Origin: Candidatus Omnitrophota bacterium
GTDB lineage: Bacteria; Omnitrophota; Gorgyraeia; Zapsychrales; Zapsychraceae
Assembly: GCA_050250375.1 (NCBI GenBank)
Contig: JBFWOS010000002.1
Span: 901,149 to 965,148, forward strand
Reading direction: 5' to 3'
Length of the DNA stretch: 64,000 bases
Each line of letters starts with the position of its first letter. Within the stretch, counting starts at the first letter, position 1. The position numbers were made by a program, and so were the translations under genes. This document shows positions 29,096 through 40,931 of this stretch, piece by piece. The notes under the pieces were generated by a model, which saw only the letters and a list, made by a program, of their open reading frames with translations, did not search any database and was not told the origin of the DNA.

Positions 29096-30928
29096 ATGTC
29101 AACACCTCACACTTTTCATATCCCTGTTATGGGGACGGCTTTTTCGATTGATACACCCATTAAAGTAGCCCATTACGGGATATCTTCCGTTATTTCTCTT
29201 GTTGATGATACCTTAATTGAACAGATGCGTCAATTTTATTGTCAAAAATATGGCGAACATTACGATCCAATTACCAAATATGATGAAGACTTCAGAGCCC
29301 GCAGAATTACCGCCTATCTTAATTTGGTCGATAAAATTGTAAAACAAAAGTTTGAAAACGTCCGAAATTCTTGTTTCGAAATGGGCAGTGAAATCACGAA
29401 ATATTTTGAAATGCTGGCCAACAACTCACCATTAAAAAAACTCTATAAAGAAATGTTGCTAACGGAAGATTCCAGCCTTAAATCGGAACTCCAGGCACGT
29501 CTACGCTCCTTGATGAAACCTGGAAGTATTGATGTCAATATCATGACGAAGCTTGATCGAGCAAATTTTTCTCAAAAGCGTGAAGAACTGCCGATTGAAT
29601 TTTCTGATGCCCTCTCCGCTCTTCGCGGATATGCGAAAAGCACCTTAAATTCAGCCATCGTATTCTCAGCCGGGATAAACCGCCGTCTGTATAGTTATGT
29701 CGAAAAATTTGAAGATTTCTTTGCTGACGCAAAAGGAAGAATAAAGAAAAAGATTATTTTAAAGGTAAGCGATTACCGTTCATCCATTATCCAGGGACGC
29801 TTCTTTGCAAAGAAAGGCTTATGGATTTCGGAATTCAGGGTCGAATCTGGGCTGAATTGCGGCGGGCACGCCTTTGCTTCGGATGGCTTCCTCATGGGAC
29901 CTATTTTGGAAGAATTTAAAAAGAAAAAAGATGAATTAATTAGTACTCTACATCAAATTTGCAACGAAGCCTTGCAATCCAGCCAAAAGCCATTTTTTCC
30001 TTCCGCTCATGAATTACGGATAACAGCTCAAGGTGGGATTGGTACAGCCCTTGAAGATAGCTTCTTACTTAACTACTATGATCTTGACGGCACAGGCTGG
30101 GCATCTCCCTTCCTTTTATGCCCTGAGGTAACTAATGTCGAACTAGAAACGTTAAATAAACTTTCCAAGGCCGGAGAAGATGATTTATATTTGAGCGGTG
30201 TTTCTCCCTTAGGTGTCCCGTTTAACAATCTCCGAAACAGTGAAAGCGATGAAGAACGTGACCGAAAAATTTCATCCGGCAAACCAGGCAGCGCCTGCCC
30301 GAAAGGCCACTTAGTCTCAAATACCGAATTCACCGAAAAACCGATCTGCACGGCGTCACGCCAGTATCAAAAATTAAAAATAGAGCAGCTGGAGTCATCC
30401 AGTCTGCCTGAGGAAGAATTGAAGAAAAACATTAAAGCCGTAACCGACAAATCTTGTATTTGTCACGATCTTGGGTCTGCCGTTCTGTTGAAAAACAATA
30501 TTTTGAAACAAGGAACAAAAGCCTTCTCCGCCATATGCCCTGGCCCAAATATTGCATATTTTTCTAAAATTGTTTCTTTGGAAGAAATGATCGGTCACAT
30601 ATATGGACGATTAAATCTTCTTAATTCAACTTACCGTCCCAATATGTTTATTAAAGAACTTAAGATGTACGTTGAATATTTCATTAAGGAAGTCAACAAA
30701 GTTACCCCTGTGCCAACCGATAAACAAATCGCTTATTTTAATGAATTTAAAACCAATATGCTGGATGGGATTGAATACTATAAGAGTTTAATTCCAAAAA
30801 TGGTTGAAGAAACAAAAGATTACCGCGACCGTGCATTGCAGGAACTGGAAGGATTTAATAAAAAGATATTTGAATTTGTCTGTCAAAACCCATCAATATT
30901 TAACATAAGCTCACCGGTACACGCATAA
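29096..30928 (+). CDS. Hypothetical 610-aa protein with NMO/IMPDH-like FMN TIM-barrel signatures and large insertions
   Basis: N-terminal HIPVMGTAFSIDTP resembles the PI(I/V)xAPMAG entry motif of nitronate-monooxygenase-like TIM barrels. AQGGIGTALEDSFLLNYYDLDGTGWASPFLLCPE resembles the NMO C-terminal AAGGI...GT.FL..E block. About 300 aa lie between the blocks, and a C-terminal region carries CPKGH / CICHDLG / ICPGP Cys motifs. Confidence 0.4.
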   Translation: MSTPHTFHIPVMGTAFSIDTPIKVAHYGISSVISLVDDTLIEQMRQFYCQKYGEHYDPITKYDEDFRARRITAYLNLVDKIVKQKFENVRNSCFEMGSEITKYFEMLANNSPLKKLYKEMLLTEDSSLKSELQARLRSLMKPGSIDVNIMTKLDRANFSQKREELPIEFSDALSALRGYAKSTLNSAIVFSAGINRRLYSYVEKFEDFFADAKGRIKKKIILKVSDYRSSIIQGRFFAKKGLWISEFRVESGLNCGGHAFASDGFLMGPILEEFKKKKDELISTLHQICNEALQSSQKPFFPSAHELRITAQGGIGTALEDSFLLNYYDLDGTGWASPFLLCPEVTNVELETLNKLSKAGEDDLYLSGVSPLGVPFNNLRNSESDEERDRKISSGKPGSACPKGHLVSNTEFTEKPICTASRQYQKLKIEQLESSSLPEEELKKNIKAVTDKSCICHDLGSAVLLKNNILKQGTKAFSAICPGPNIAYFSKIVSLEEMIGHIYGRLNLLNSTYRPNMFIKELKMYVEYFIKEVNKVTPVPTDKQIAYFNEFKTNMLDGIEYYKSLIPKMVEETKDYRDRALQELEGFNKKIFEFVCQNPSIFNISSPVHA

Positions 30929-30930
30929 TT

Positions 30931-32751
<1,821 letters not shown>

Positions 32752-32868
32752 CTAACTGTTTGGATCTTAAACGGTTTACAACGCCGGATGTACTTGGCCA
32801 GATCATTTTATCACAAAAATGATGACGAATGCGGCAATTAATATGGCAAGCAGAAGAAGAACCATGGC

Positions 32869-33201
32869 TCAACTGAAAGAAGTTCCACACCCGCAACTGT
32901 TCGTTGCATTGGGATTTTTATATTGAAATCCGCTTTCTTTTAGGGTATCAATGTAATGAATTTCCGTGCCTTTGAGAAACGGTACACTTTCCGGATTAAT
33001 TAATATTTTAATCTTTCCCTGGTCAATTATCACGTCATTATCATACGGATTCTTCTGAAAACGCAGATCATACGATAATCCTGCGCAACCACCTGTTACG
33101 ACGCCTACCCGTAGATAATTCCCTTCTTTCCCATCTTTTTCGGCCATGGAGAAGATTTTAGTAACTGCGGCATCTGTTAAATGAATGATCGGTTTTTCCA
33201 T
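32869..33201 (-). CDS. erpA: Fe-S cluster insertion protein, HesB/IscA/ErpA family
   Basis: 110 aa, GGCAGLSY plus the C-terminal NATNSCGCGTSFS (C-x-C motif). Confidence 0.85.
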   Translation of the reverse strand: MEKPIIHLTDAAVTKIFSMAEKDGKEGNYLRVGVVTGGCAGLSYDLRFQKNPYDNDVIIDQGKIKILINPESVPFLKGTEIHYIDTLKESGFQYKNPNATNSCGCGTSFS

Positions 33202-33297
33202 AAGTCCTCTTAAATTTAAACACCTGATTTCTAATTAAAGAATATACCATAAGCAGAATATAAGTCAATTTTTACCTTAATTCTTTAATCTTATTTT

Positions 33298-34410
33298 CTA
33301 CTGTTTGGAGAGGGAGTTTTTGGCTTTTTCCCGACCGAGAGGAGTCAAACTGAGTTTATCGCCTTGCTTTTGGATTAATCCGTCTTGAATCGACTGCGCG
33401 ATGACCTCCGAGGTATAAAGATTATCCCACAGCATATGTTCGTTCATATGACTAACAATCTGTTCGGTCTCTTCCGCATGGGCCAGTTCCGACTGCAGCA
33501 GATGAACCGTTAATGTATCGGAGGCAAAATTCCAACGGGTCCATTTCTTAACGATTAATTTAGCCAGCAATCCTTTTTCAGGAGAAAAAAAGAACACCAA
33601 AAGAAAAATGATCCCGCTAAATGTCGCCATTGAACCGGCGATACTTGCATCCAGCCAATACGCCATTGCGTACCCCCCGATCGCTGAAAGAACACCTAAT
33701 CCGGCACTGATGAGAATCATCCGATCCAGACGGTCGGTTAACAGATAAGCCGCCGCCGGTGGGGCAATCATCAAAGCAACCACCAATATTGATCCCACAC
33801 TCTCAAAAGAACCAACGGCCGTAATGCTGACCATCGTCATCAATGCGTAATTCAGCACTCCGGGCAAAAATCCCAAAGTCGCCGCTAATCCCGGATCAAA
33901 TGTCGCTATTTTCAATTCTTTATAAAATAAGACGATAAAAACCAGATTCATTAGAAATATTGTTCCGGTAATCCAGATTCCCTGCGGCCCGAGATCCAGA
34001 CCGTTGACATATAACCGGTTAAACGGTGTAAAAGCAATTTCTCCAAATAAAATGCAATCGGCATCCAAATGGATGTCAGAAGCATATCGGTTCAACAGTA
34101 TTACTCCCATGGAAAATAAAAAAGGGAATACAAGCCCGATCGCGGCATCTTCTTTTAACTTCCTTGTCTGGATGATCAATTCGGTTAAAGCAACCGTGAT
34201 AATTCCCATCACTGCCGCCCCGATAATCAATAACGGAGATGCCAGATTTTTTGTAATAAAGAATGCCAGAACAATCCCCAGCAATATTGCATGACTGATC
34301 GCGTCACTCATCAGAGCAACTCTCCTTAAAACAAGAAAAACTCCCGGAAGCGCACAGGTGACGGCGGTTAATGACGCCAAAATTAAAATTTCAATTTGAT
34401 GCATTGACAC
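33298..34410 (-). CDS. Metal (Zn/Mn) ABC transporter permease with about 90-aa C-terminal cytoplasmic extension
   Basis: ABC-3 (ZnuB/MntB/TroD) permease core of about 280 aa. An additional soluble C-terminal region (…SHMNEHMLWDNLYTSEVIAQSIQDGLIQKQGDKLSLTPLGREKAKN) looks like a DtxR/FeoA-type accessory domain. Confidence 0.75.
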   Translation of the reverse strand: MSMHQIEILILASLTAVTCALPGVFLVLRRVALMSDAISHAILLGIVLAFFITKNLASPLLIIGAAVMGIITVALTELIIQTRKLKEDAAIGLVFPFLFSMGVILLNRYASDIHLDADCILFGEIAFTPFNRLYVNGLDLGPQGIWITGTIFLMNLVFIVLFYKELKIATFDPGLAATLGFLPGVLNYALMTMVSITAVGSFESVGSILVVALMIAPPAAAYLLTDRLDRMILISAGLGVLSAIGGYAMAYWLDASIAGSMATFSGIIFLLVFFFSPEKGLLAKLIVKKWTRWNFASDTLTVHLLQSELAHAEETEQIVSHMNEHMLWDNLYTSEVIAQSIQDGLIQKQGDKLSLTPLGREKAKNSLSKQ

Positions 34411-35521
34411 TGATCAATTCCTCAAATTCGCTGGTTAAACGTTTGGCTTCGGTTAAACCCTGGGGAGTCAGCGCCCATTTTTTATCCGAAAATTGTTTGG
34501 CCCACCCCTTTTTCTTAATTTCGTTCATCGTCTGTTCAATCGCCCCACGACCGATAGCCTTTAACGCGGCAATATCATGCGGATGAAACGGGTCCGTGTT
34601 AATTTCCGAAAATAAAAGCAAGTTCTTTAACATTGTGGTGGTCTGCATTTTCTTTCTATTTTTCTGCAGGCGAAGCCAATCCCAAATCAACCCGCGATTC
34701 GGGGCAAGCGCTAATGAAAACAACACAAATAAACTCAAACAGATGACGATCATCGGGCCGGTTGGTAAATTTGTGACCATGCTGCTGGCCAGGGCCCCAC
34801 TGACCCCGGAAATAGCCCCGAATGCCGCAGAAATAATAACCATACTCCTTAATCGATCCGTCCATTGCCTGGCCGCCGCCGCCGGAGCAACAAGCATCGC
34901 ACTCATTAAAACAACTCCTACGGTCTGCAACCCGATCACAATCGAAACGACAATCAAGGTTGTTAATAATATATCAAGAAATCTGACATTAATTCCTATA
35001 CTTCTGGCAAAGTCAGCATCAAAAACGATCAATTTGAATTCTTTCCAGAAAAACAATAATATGGAGAAAACGATAAAACTCAAAATACCCATGGTAACCA
35101 CATCGGATTTTAATAATGTCGCCGCATTGCCAAAAAGGAACTTGTCCAATCCCGCCTTGGTTGCCGTCGGTAGTTTCTGGACAATTGTTAAGAGAACCAG
35201 CCCAAATCCAAAAAAAACGGATAATACAATCCCTAAAGCAGAATCTTTCTTGATCCGGGATGTGTTTGTAATAAGCAAAATCAGCAATGTCCCAACCCAA
35301 CCGGATAGTCCAGCCCCGATCAATAAAATAAGAGGATTTTTGCTCTGCGTGAGCAAAAAGGCTAAACAAACCCCGGGCAAAGTTGCATGACTAATGGCAT
35401 CTCCCAAAAGGCTTTGCCGTCTTAACACAGCAAACGCGCCCAAACTTCCCGCGGTAATTCCTAAAACGAGAGACCCCATCAAAACGATTTGAACGGTATA
35501 ATTCGAAAACAACTCAATCAC
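34391..35521 (-). CDS. Metal (Zn/Mn) ABC transporter permease, second copy, also with C-terminal extension
   Basis: ABC-3 permease core. The C-terminal region (…[50 protein letters not shown]) resembles the extension of the neighbouring permease. Overlaps that permease by 20 nt. Confidence 0.75.
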   Translation of the reverse strand: MIELFSNYTVQIVLMGSLVLGITAGSLGAFAVLRRQSLLGDAISHATLPGVCLAFLLTQSKNPLILLIGAGLSGWVGTLLILLITNTSRIKKDSALGIVLSVFFGFGLVLLTIVQKLPTATKAGLDKFLFGNAATLLKSDVVTMGILSFIVFSILLFFWKEFKLIVFDADFARSIGINVRFLDILLTTLIVVSIVIGLQTVGVVLMSAMLVAPAAAARQWTDRLRSMVIISAAFGAISGVSGALASSMVTNLPTGPMIVICLSLFVLFSLALAPNRGLIWDWLRLQKNRKKMQTTTMLKNLLLFSEINTDPFHPHDIAALKAIGRGAIEQTMNEIKKKGWAKQFSDKKWALTPQGLTEAKRLTSEFEELISVNASN

Positions 35522-36294
35522 GATTGTTCTTCCTTTGCTTCATCCACCCCAGCTAAAAATGCGGCTCGTCCGCCATAAGTTCTTCGTAAATTCTCTTTGG
35601 TCAGAACTGCACTCACTTTTCCTAACGCGACTGCCCTGACATTCAACAATAAGACGTGATCGAAATACTCGCGCAAGGTTTGTAAATCATGATGGACACA
35701 AATAACAGTCTTTCCATTTTTTCTTAAATCACGTAAAAGTGTAATAATACTTTTTTCTGTAGTGGCATCGACACCGGCAAACGGTTCGTCCATCAGATAA
35801 ATCGGAGCGTCTTGGATAAAGGCCCGGGCGATAAAAACCCTTTGCTGCTGGCCTCCGGACAACTGACTGATCTGTCGATTGATAAAATCTTTCATCCCTA
35901 CTTTTTCAAGACAATCCATCGCCAGGACTTTATCGGCTTTGGAGGGTCTTCGAAACCACCCCAAATGCCCGTACCGCCCCATCAAGACTACATCCAGAAC
36001 GTTCGTTGGAAAGTCCCAATCGACACTGCCCCGCTGCGGGACGTAACCAACCAAATGGGATTGCGCGCGGTAATTCTTTCCAAGCACCAATACTCGACCG
36101 GCAGCTGGTTTAACCAAACCGAGAATCGCCTTGATCAATGTGGATTTTCCGGCTCCATTCGGACCCACGATGGCCAACATACTTTCTTTCGGGGCCTGAA
36201 AATCAACATCCCATAAAACCGGTTTTTCCTGATAAGCCACCGTCAAGTCGGTCACATCAATGGCATGCGTATCTTGGATGGTTGATTTCATCAT
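35518..36294 (-). CDS. znuC: Metal ABC transporter ATP-binding protein
   Basis: Walker [10 protein letters not shown], signature LSGGQQQR, Walker [13 protein letters not shown]. 258 aa. Confidence 0.85.
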   Translation of the reverse strand: MMKSTIQDTHAIDVTDLTVAYQEKPVLWDVDFQAPKESMLAIVGPNGAGKSTLIKAILGLVKPAAGRVLVLGKNYRAQSHLVGYVPQRGSVDWDFPTNVLDVVLMGRYGHLGWFRRPSKADKVLAMDCLEKVGMKDFINRQISQLSGGQQQRVFIARAFIQDAPIYLMDEPFAGVDATTEKSIITLLRDLRKNGKTVICVHHDLQTLREYFDHVLLLNVRAVALGKVSAVLTKENLRRTYGGRAAFLAGVDEAKEEQS

Positions 36295-36299
36295 GCTTA

Positions 36300-37235
36300 T
36301 TACTCCTTTAAACTTTCAACAATAGTATTAATATTATGCGTCACCATACCTATATACGTCCCTTCAAATGTCCCTTGATCCCCCATGGCATCTGAAAATA
36401 ATTCCCCCCCAATCCTGACATCCCAGCCGTTTGATTTAACCGCTTCAACAACAGCCTGAATATTCCGGACAGGCACGGAAGATTCCACAAAAATCGAACG
36501 GATTCTTTTATCTGCAATAAATTTGGCCAAACGGATAACATCGGCAGCCCCCGCCTGTGATTCGGTTGAAACCCCTTGAAGCCCGACGACTTCAAAACCG
36601 TAACGTTTTCCAAAATATCGAAACGCATCATGGGCGGTCACGAGTATCCGTCCCCCTTCAGGAAGTTCAGATGCTTTATTAAAAACGTACTGATCAAGCT
36701 GTTCGAGATCCTTTAAATACTGCTCCGCACGTTTTTTATATTTTTCACTGTTTCGGGGATCGGCCTTCATTAATGTATCCCGAACTTGTTCAGCGGCCAT
36801 CTTCCATAAAGTCACGTCAAACCATACGTGTGGATCGTAATGATTTTTAAACGCCTCACTCTCCAACAATCTTTCTTTAGGGAAATGATCCGCCACTCCT
36901 ACTACTAATTTTTGGCGCTCCAATTTCTCAAATATGTGCTCCATTTTTGCTTCCAAAAAAAGACCATTAAAAAAAATCACATCGGCTTCGGTCAGTTTTC
37001 CAACATCACTTTCAGTCGCCTTATAAAGATGCGGATCAACCCCTGGCCCCATTAAACCGATCGCGTAAACATCTTCTGCGCCGATATTATGTACAATATC
37101 GTTGATCTGCCCAATCGTGGAAACAACCGTTAATTTTTCAGTTTTTTTTTCTTCTCCGAAAGAAATCCACGCAAATCCGGTAAATCCAGTAAAAAGTACC
37201 AAAGAAATCACAATAAACTTAAAATTTCGTTTCAT
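36300..37235 (-). CDS. znuA: Metal ABC transporter substrate-binding protein (cluster A-I, ZnuA/TroA/MntC-like)
   Basis: Signal peptide, DPHLY/DPHVW metal-ligand His motifs and a TroA-like fold. 311 aa. Confidence 0.8.
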   Translation of the reverse strand: MKRNFKFIVISLVLFTGFTGFAWISFGEEKKTEKLTVVSTIGQINDIVHNIGAEDVYAIGLMGPGVDPHLYKATESDVGKLTEADVIFFNGLFLEAKMEHIFEKLERQKLVVGVADHFPKERLLESEAFKNHYDPHVWFDVTLWKMAAEQVRDTLMKADPRNSEKYKKRAEQYLKDLEQLDQYVFNKASELPEGGRILVTAHDAFRYFGKRYGFEVVGLQGVSTESQAGAADVIRLAKFIADKRIRSIFVESSVPVRNIQAVVEAVKSNGWDVRIGGELFSDAMGDQGTFEGTYIGMVTHNINTIVESLKE

Positions 37236-37249
37236 CGTTACCTTCCTTC

Positions 37250-37708
37250 TTATTTCTGACAGTTTTTACAAAAACCATAAAAGTGTAATTCATGTCCGAT
37301 TATTTTAAATCCTTGTGTTTCTAATTGAGACAGATACCGCTGTTCTTCCCCTAAGTCGGTCAGCTCAATGAATGTACCACAACGGATACATCGGGCATGA
37401 TGGTGTAGTTTTTCATCATAAACATGTTCATAATGATTATGTTTTTCTCCAAAAGCGGTCTCCCGGATTACTCCCGCCTCTCGCAGTTCTTTCAGACTGC
37501 GATAAATTGTCGCCCGGGAAACTTTGCGCTGGTGTCGTCCGCAATATTTCACCAACTCTTCAGCAGAAAAGTGACCATGTGTCTGCATCACTTCATCAAA
37601 AACTTCCTGCCGTCCTTGGGTCATCCTTAAGCTGGAATTTCGCAGATAATTGGAGAATTTATTTTTTTCTTTTTTTATTCGTTCGTCCATATTGAGACAC
37701 TGTTTCAT
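37250..37708 (-). CDS. Fur family transcriptional regulator (Zur/Fur)
   Basis: Winged-helix N-terminus (SSLRMTQGRQEVFDEV), HHHARCIRCG and the C-terminal HELHFYGFCKNC metal-site motifs. First gene of the metal-uptake operon. The true start may be the internal Met at 37690. Confidence 0.8.
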   Translation of the reverse strand: MKQCLNMDERIKKEKNKFSNYLRNSSLRMTQGRQEVFDEVMQTHGHFSAEELVKYCGRHQRKVSRATIYRSLKELREAGVIRETAFGEKHNHYEHVYDEKLHHHARCIRCGTFIELTDLGEEQRYLSQLETQGFKIIGHELHFYGFCKNCQK

Positions 37709-37743
37709 TAATATTGAGATAGTGTATCATTTAATATTCAGAA
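37691..37743. promoter_or_regulatory. Tandem about 23-bp direct repeats (candidate Fur-family operator) at the fur 5' end
   Basis: ATTGAGACACTGTTTCATTAAT (37691) and ATTGAGATAGTGTATCATTTAAT (37714). Each contains an imperfect inverted repeat TGAGA-N5-TNTCA. They lie between the two candidate start codons and directly upstream. Confidence 0.4.
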
Positions 37744-37777
37744 AAGCAAGCAGTACTATAGTATTATTTTGAAAGGA

Positions 37778-38335
37778 TTATAACCATTTAATGGAACAAC
37801 CCATGGCGGGTTTTTGATCCGGATTGATGGTCCGTCCGTTAGAATAGTCATCAATAGCCGTTTTAAGCTCCTGATGTTTGACTTTCGATTCATCCTGCCA
37901 ATTGTCATCAAAACGACCATGATAAATCAATTTACTACGATCATTATAGAAATAAATATCCGGTGTGCATCGAGCATCAAATAATCGCGCAACTTTTTGG
38001 GAAGAATCAATCAGGTAAGGAAACGGGATGCCCCACTCTTCCGTTTTTACTTTCATCTGGGAAGGACTGTCTTCAGGATAATCGGGATGGATATTAGGAT
38101 TAATAGCAATAGTATTAATCCCCAATCGTTTGGCGTAACTGGATAATTGAATCAACCGGGGCCAAATCGCAAGCGCGTACGGACAGTGATTACACATAAA
38201 AGCAACCACCAGCCCCTTAGAGTGTCCCTGTGCGATCCCTTGAGCAGAATCAAAAATTTTATTAATAGGGTCCTTTAATACAAACGATGGAAGGCTTGCC
38301 CCAAGCGGAATTTGAATTGAATTAACCAATGCCAT
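37778..38335 (-). CDS. Thioredoxin-fold protein (AhpC/TSA/TlpA-like thiol-disulfide oxidoreductase)
   Basis: VVAFMCNHCPYA CxxC motif in a thioredoxin-like context. 185 aa. Confidence 0.6.
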   Translation of the reverse strand: MALVNSIQIPLGASLPSFVLKDPINKIFDSAQGIAQGHSKGLVVAFMCNHCPYALAIWPRLIQLSSYAKRLGINTIAINPNIHPDYPEDSPSQMKVKTEEWGIPFPYLIDSSQKVARLFDARCTPDIYFYNDRSKLIYHGRFDDNWQDESKVKHQELKTAIDDYSNGRTINPDQKPAMGCSIKWL

Positions 38336-38434
38336 TTATAATCAATCTCCCGTCGAATTAATTATAAAACGGCAAGATCAAAAGTCAAGAAATAGAAAGA
38401 GCCATCTAGAAATTTTTTACTACACCCGTATTAA

Positions 38435-38863
38435 TTACCGGTCTGGTTTTATGTAATATCCGGAAACCCTCCATTGGCCGTCCGGATCTTTCATGGGCGT
38501 AACCGTTTCAACCGCTTTTTGTCCGTTCTTGTAATTGACATCATAGACAATCACAACATACTCTCCGATCGGGGCATTAGGTAATGCCCGAAAATAACTG
38601 GCAGTTCTAAGCGTCCGGGTTTCGGTCACTCCAATGATCTGGTCAATGGAGCCCATTCCCTTCATCCATTCCTCTTCAGATACTTGCTCCCTCAAAAAAG
38701 CCGCTGATTTTTTCCAACATTGCCGGTATTCTTTTTGGTCAAGCAATCGTAACCAATCATCGGCGGCCTTCACGGCTTCGGTCTCTAGACCATCCTCGCT
38801 ATTAGCAAAACCCGCACCGCCCAACATTAGTATGGCGGCTATAAAAATTAAAGTCTTCTTCAT
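38435..38863 (-). CDS. Secreted hypothetical protein (signal peptide, about 120-aa mature domain)
   Basis: N-terminal MKKTLIFIAAILMLGGAGFA signal peptide. I see no recognisable catalytic motif. Confidence 0.5.
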   Translation of the reverse strand: MKKTLIFIAAILMLGGAGFANSEDGLETEAVKAADDWLRLLDQKEYRQCWKKSAAFLREQVSEEEWMKGMGSIDQIIGVTETRTLRTASYFRALPNAPIGEYVVIVYDVNYKNGQKAVETVTPMKDPDGQWRVSGYYIKPDR

Positions 38864-38995
38864 TTTTTTCTCCTTGTATGTTTTCCATATTTAAACCTGG
38901 TAAAGACATTGATCAATCCGGATAATCTTGTATAATAATAACTTAATCATAGAACAAAGTGAATTACAAATTTATTATATCTTTGTAACAATTAA

Positions 38996-39652
38996 ATGAA
39001 TTTACCGGAACATCTCATCCTTCATCAAATGGAACTCGGCCCGATCCAGAACTATCTCTATTTTCTTGGAGATCAACGAACTAAGGAAATCGCGGTTATT
39101 GATCCTGCCTGGGATGTCGATTACCTTTGCCAACAAGCCGAACAATACGGCTATCAAATTAAGAGTATTTTCTTAACTCACGGCCATCCGGATCATGTCA
39201 ATGGTTTAAAAGACATCCTATCCCGGCAGGATGTCCCGGCCTATATATCCAAACATGAAGCCCCGTTCTTGAAACCAAAACATAAAAATATCATTGAAGT
39301 TGAAAATAACGCAATTTTGCGCCTCGGAGAAATTGAATTCCGTTGTTTATTGACTCCCGGGCATACACCGGGGTGCCAAAGTTTTATCTATAAAAACATA
39401 ATGATTGCCGGGGATGCAATATTCATCGATGGATGCGGGCGATGCGACCTTCCGGGCGGTGACCCGCGGGTCATGTATAACACCTTATACAATATCATTA
39501 AACTCCTGCCGGATGAAACGATCATTTTCCCCGGACATAACTACGGCCCCACCCCCTATGCAACACTTGGACAACAAAAAAGGACCAATCCTTACCTGAC
39601 TTGTCAATCCGAAGAAGAATTTTTAACCCACCGCATGGGATATACCTTCTAA
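38996..39652 (+). CDS. MBL-fold metallo-hydrolase (glyoxalase II-like)
   Basis: THGHPDHVNG motif, then downstream His/Asp ligands (TPGHTPG; GDAIF; PGHNYG). Confidence 0.8.
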   Translation: MNLPEHLILHQMELGPIQNYLYFLGDQRTKEIAVIDPAWDVDYLCQQAEQYGYQIKSIFLTHGHPDHVNGLKDILSRQDVPAYISKHEAPFLKPKHKNIIEVENNAILRLGEIEFRCLLTPGHTPGCQSFIYKNIMIAGDAIFIDGCGRCDLPGGDPRVMYNTLYNIIKLLPDETIIFPGHNYGPTPYATLGQQKRTNPYLTCQSEEEFLTHRMGYTF

Positions 39653-39662
39653 CTAAATCAGC

Positions 39663-40931
39663 ATGTATAATTTTTTTAAAAAACACCCTTATTTACTTTT
39701 CTTTGGTATTTTCCAATTGTTTTTCTCGGCCCCGGGTCAAACATTTCTAATTTCCTTATTTGTCGGTTCCATTTTCAATGAATTGAAAATTTCACAAAGT
39801 GTTTTTGCCGGCATTTATTCTGCGGCTACATTGTCGGCCGCCTTTTTATTGAACCCTGCCGGGCGTTTGATCGACCGCTACTCAATCCAGACAATTATTA
39901 AATACCTGACCATGTTAATGGCCCTGGGATGCTTTATCCTGGCATATTCGAAAAACATTTATACTTTGTTTGCCGGATTTTTTATTCTGCGGCTTATCGG
40001 GCAAGGAGCCTTCAGCTTATCCTCCTCAACATTAATGGTAAAAAATTTCCATAAAAACCGTGGCAAGGCAATGGGAATCATCACGCTTGGATTTCCGTTC
40101 TCAGAAATGATCTATCCGTTTATTGCACTGTATTTATTGCACAACTTCGGATGGCGGGCAGGATTTATTGTTTTCGGCCTTACAAACATTGTCATTATGC
40201 TCCCGTTACAATTATTTCTTCTCAATAAATCCAATGTGAACCATGGTGAATTCCAGCCGGGAGAACTGGATATCAACCCCCAACAACTGCCCGGTGAACC
40301 ACTTCCCCAAACAACACACGCACAACGTGATTATACGTTAAAAGAAGTTCTCAAAGACTTTAAATTTTATTTGATTATGCTGGCATCATGTCTTCCCCCG
40401 ATGGTTGTTACCGGCTTGTTCTTTTATCAGGAAACACTATTTACCGCTAATCACTGGAACATCGCGTTTGCCGCTACAGGATTAACCGTCTACGCTGTCT
40501 GTAAGGCCGTCGGTTCCTTATGGATTGGCGGCGTTGTCGACCGGCATGGCCCGCTCATTCCTTTTATTGTGTTAATCTTTTTATTGGGAATTGGAACATT
40601 TTTGGCCGCTTTAGGGGGCAACACTTTAATTATCGTTTTATATTATTCGATCATCGGAGCCGCACTTGGATTCAGCAGCCCGGTAACCAATGTGGTCTAT
40701 CCGCATTTTTACGGAACAAAATATATGGGGAGCATTAAAGGTTTAATCGCGACATTTCGAAACGGGGTCACTGCTTTCGGGCCTTTGCCAATTGCCTTTG
40801 CACTGGATGCAGGATTCTCCATAAACACAATTTTGTATTGGGTAGCCATTCTTATTTTTGTATTGAGTTCTCTGCCCGTCATCGTCTATAAATTTGACCG
40901 GAAGGAAAATGCTACGGACTATATCCAGTAA
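39663..40931 (+). CDS. MFS transporter
   Basis: 12 predicted TM segments and an MFS-like GRLIDR loop. 422 aa. Confidence 0.7.
   Translation: MYNFFKKHPYLLFFGIFQLFFSAPGQTFLISLFVGSIFNELKISQSVFAGIYSAATLSAAFLLNPAGRLIDRYSIQTIIKYLTMLMALGCFILAYSKNIYTLFAGFFILRLIGQGAFSLSSSTLMVKNFHKNRGKAMGIITLGFPFSEMIYPFIALYLLHNFGWRAGFIVFGLTNIVIMLPLQLFLLNKSNVNHGEFQPGELDINPQQLPGEPLPQTTHAQRDYTLKEVLKDFKFYLIMLASCLPPMVVTGLFFYQETLFTANHWNIAFAATGLTVYAVCKAVGSLWIGGVVDRHGPLIPFIVLIFLLGIGTFLAALGGNTLIIVLYYSIIGAALGFSSPVTNVVYPHFYGTKYMGSIKGLIATFRNGVTAFGPLPIAFALDAGFSINTILYWVAILIFVLSSLPVIVYKFDRKENATDYIQ

Noticed and set aside
34596-35390. 264-aa plus-strand ORF antisense to the ABC permease
   Set aside because: Low-complexity translation with no motifs. 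The opposite strand encodes a clear ABC-3 permease.
35812-36216. 134-aa ORF antisense to the ABC ATPase
   Set aside because: The Walker A/B and signature motifs on the other strand are unambiguous.
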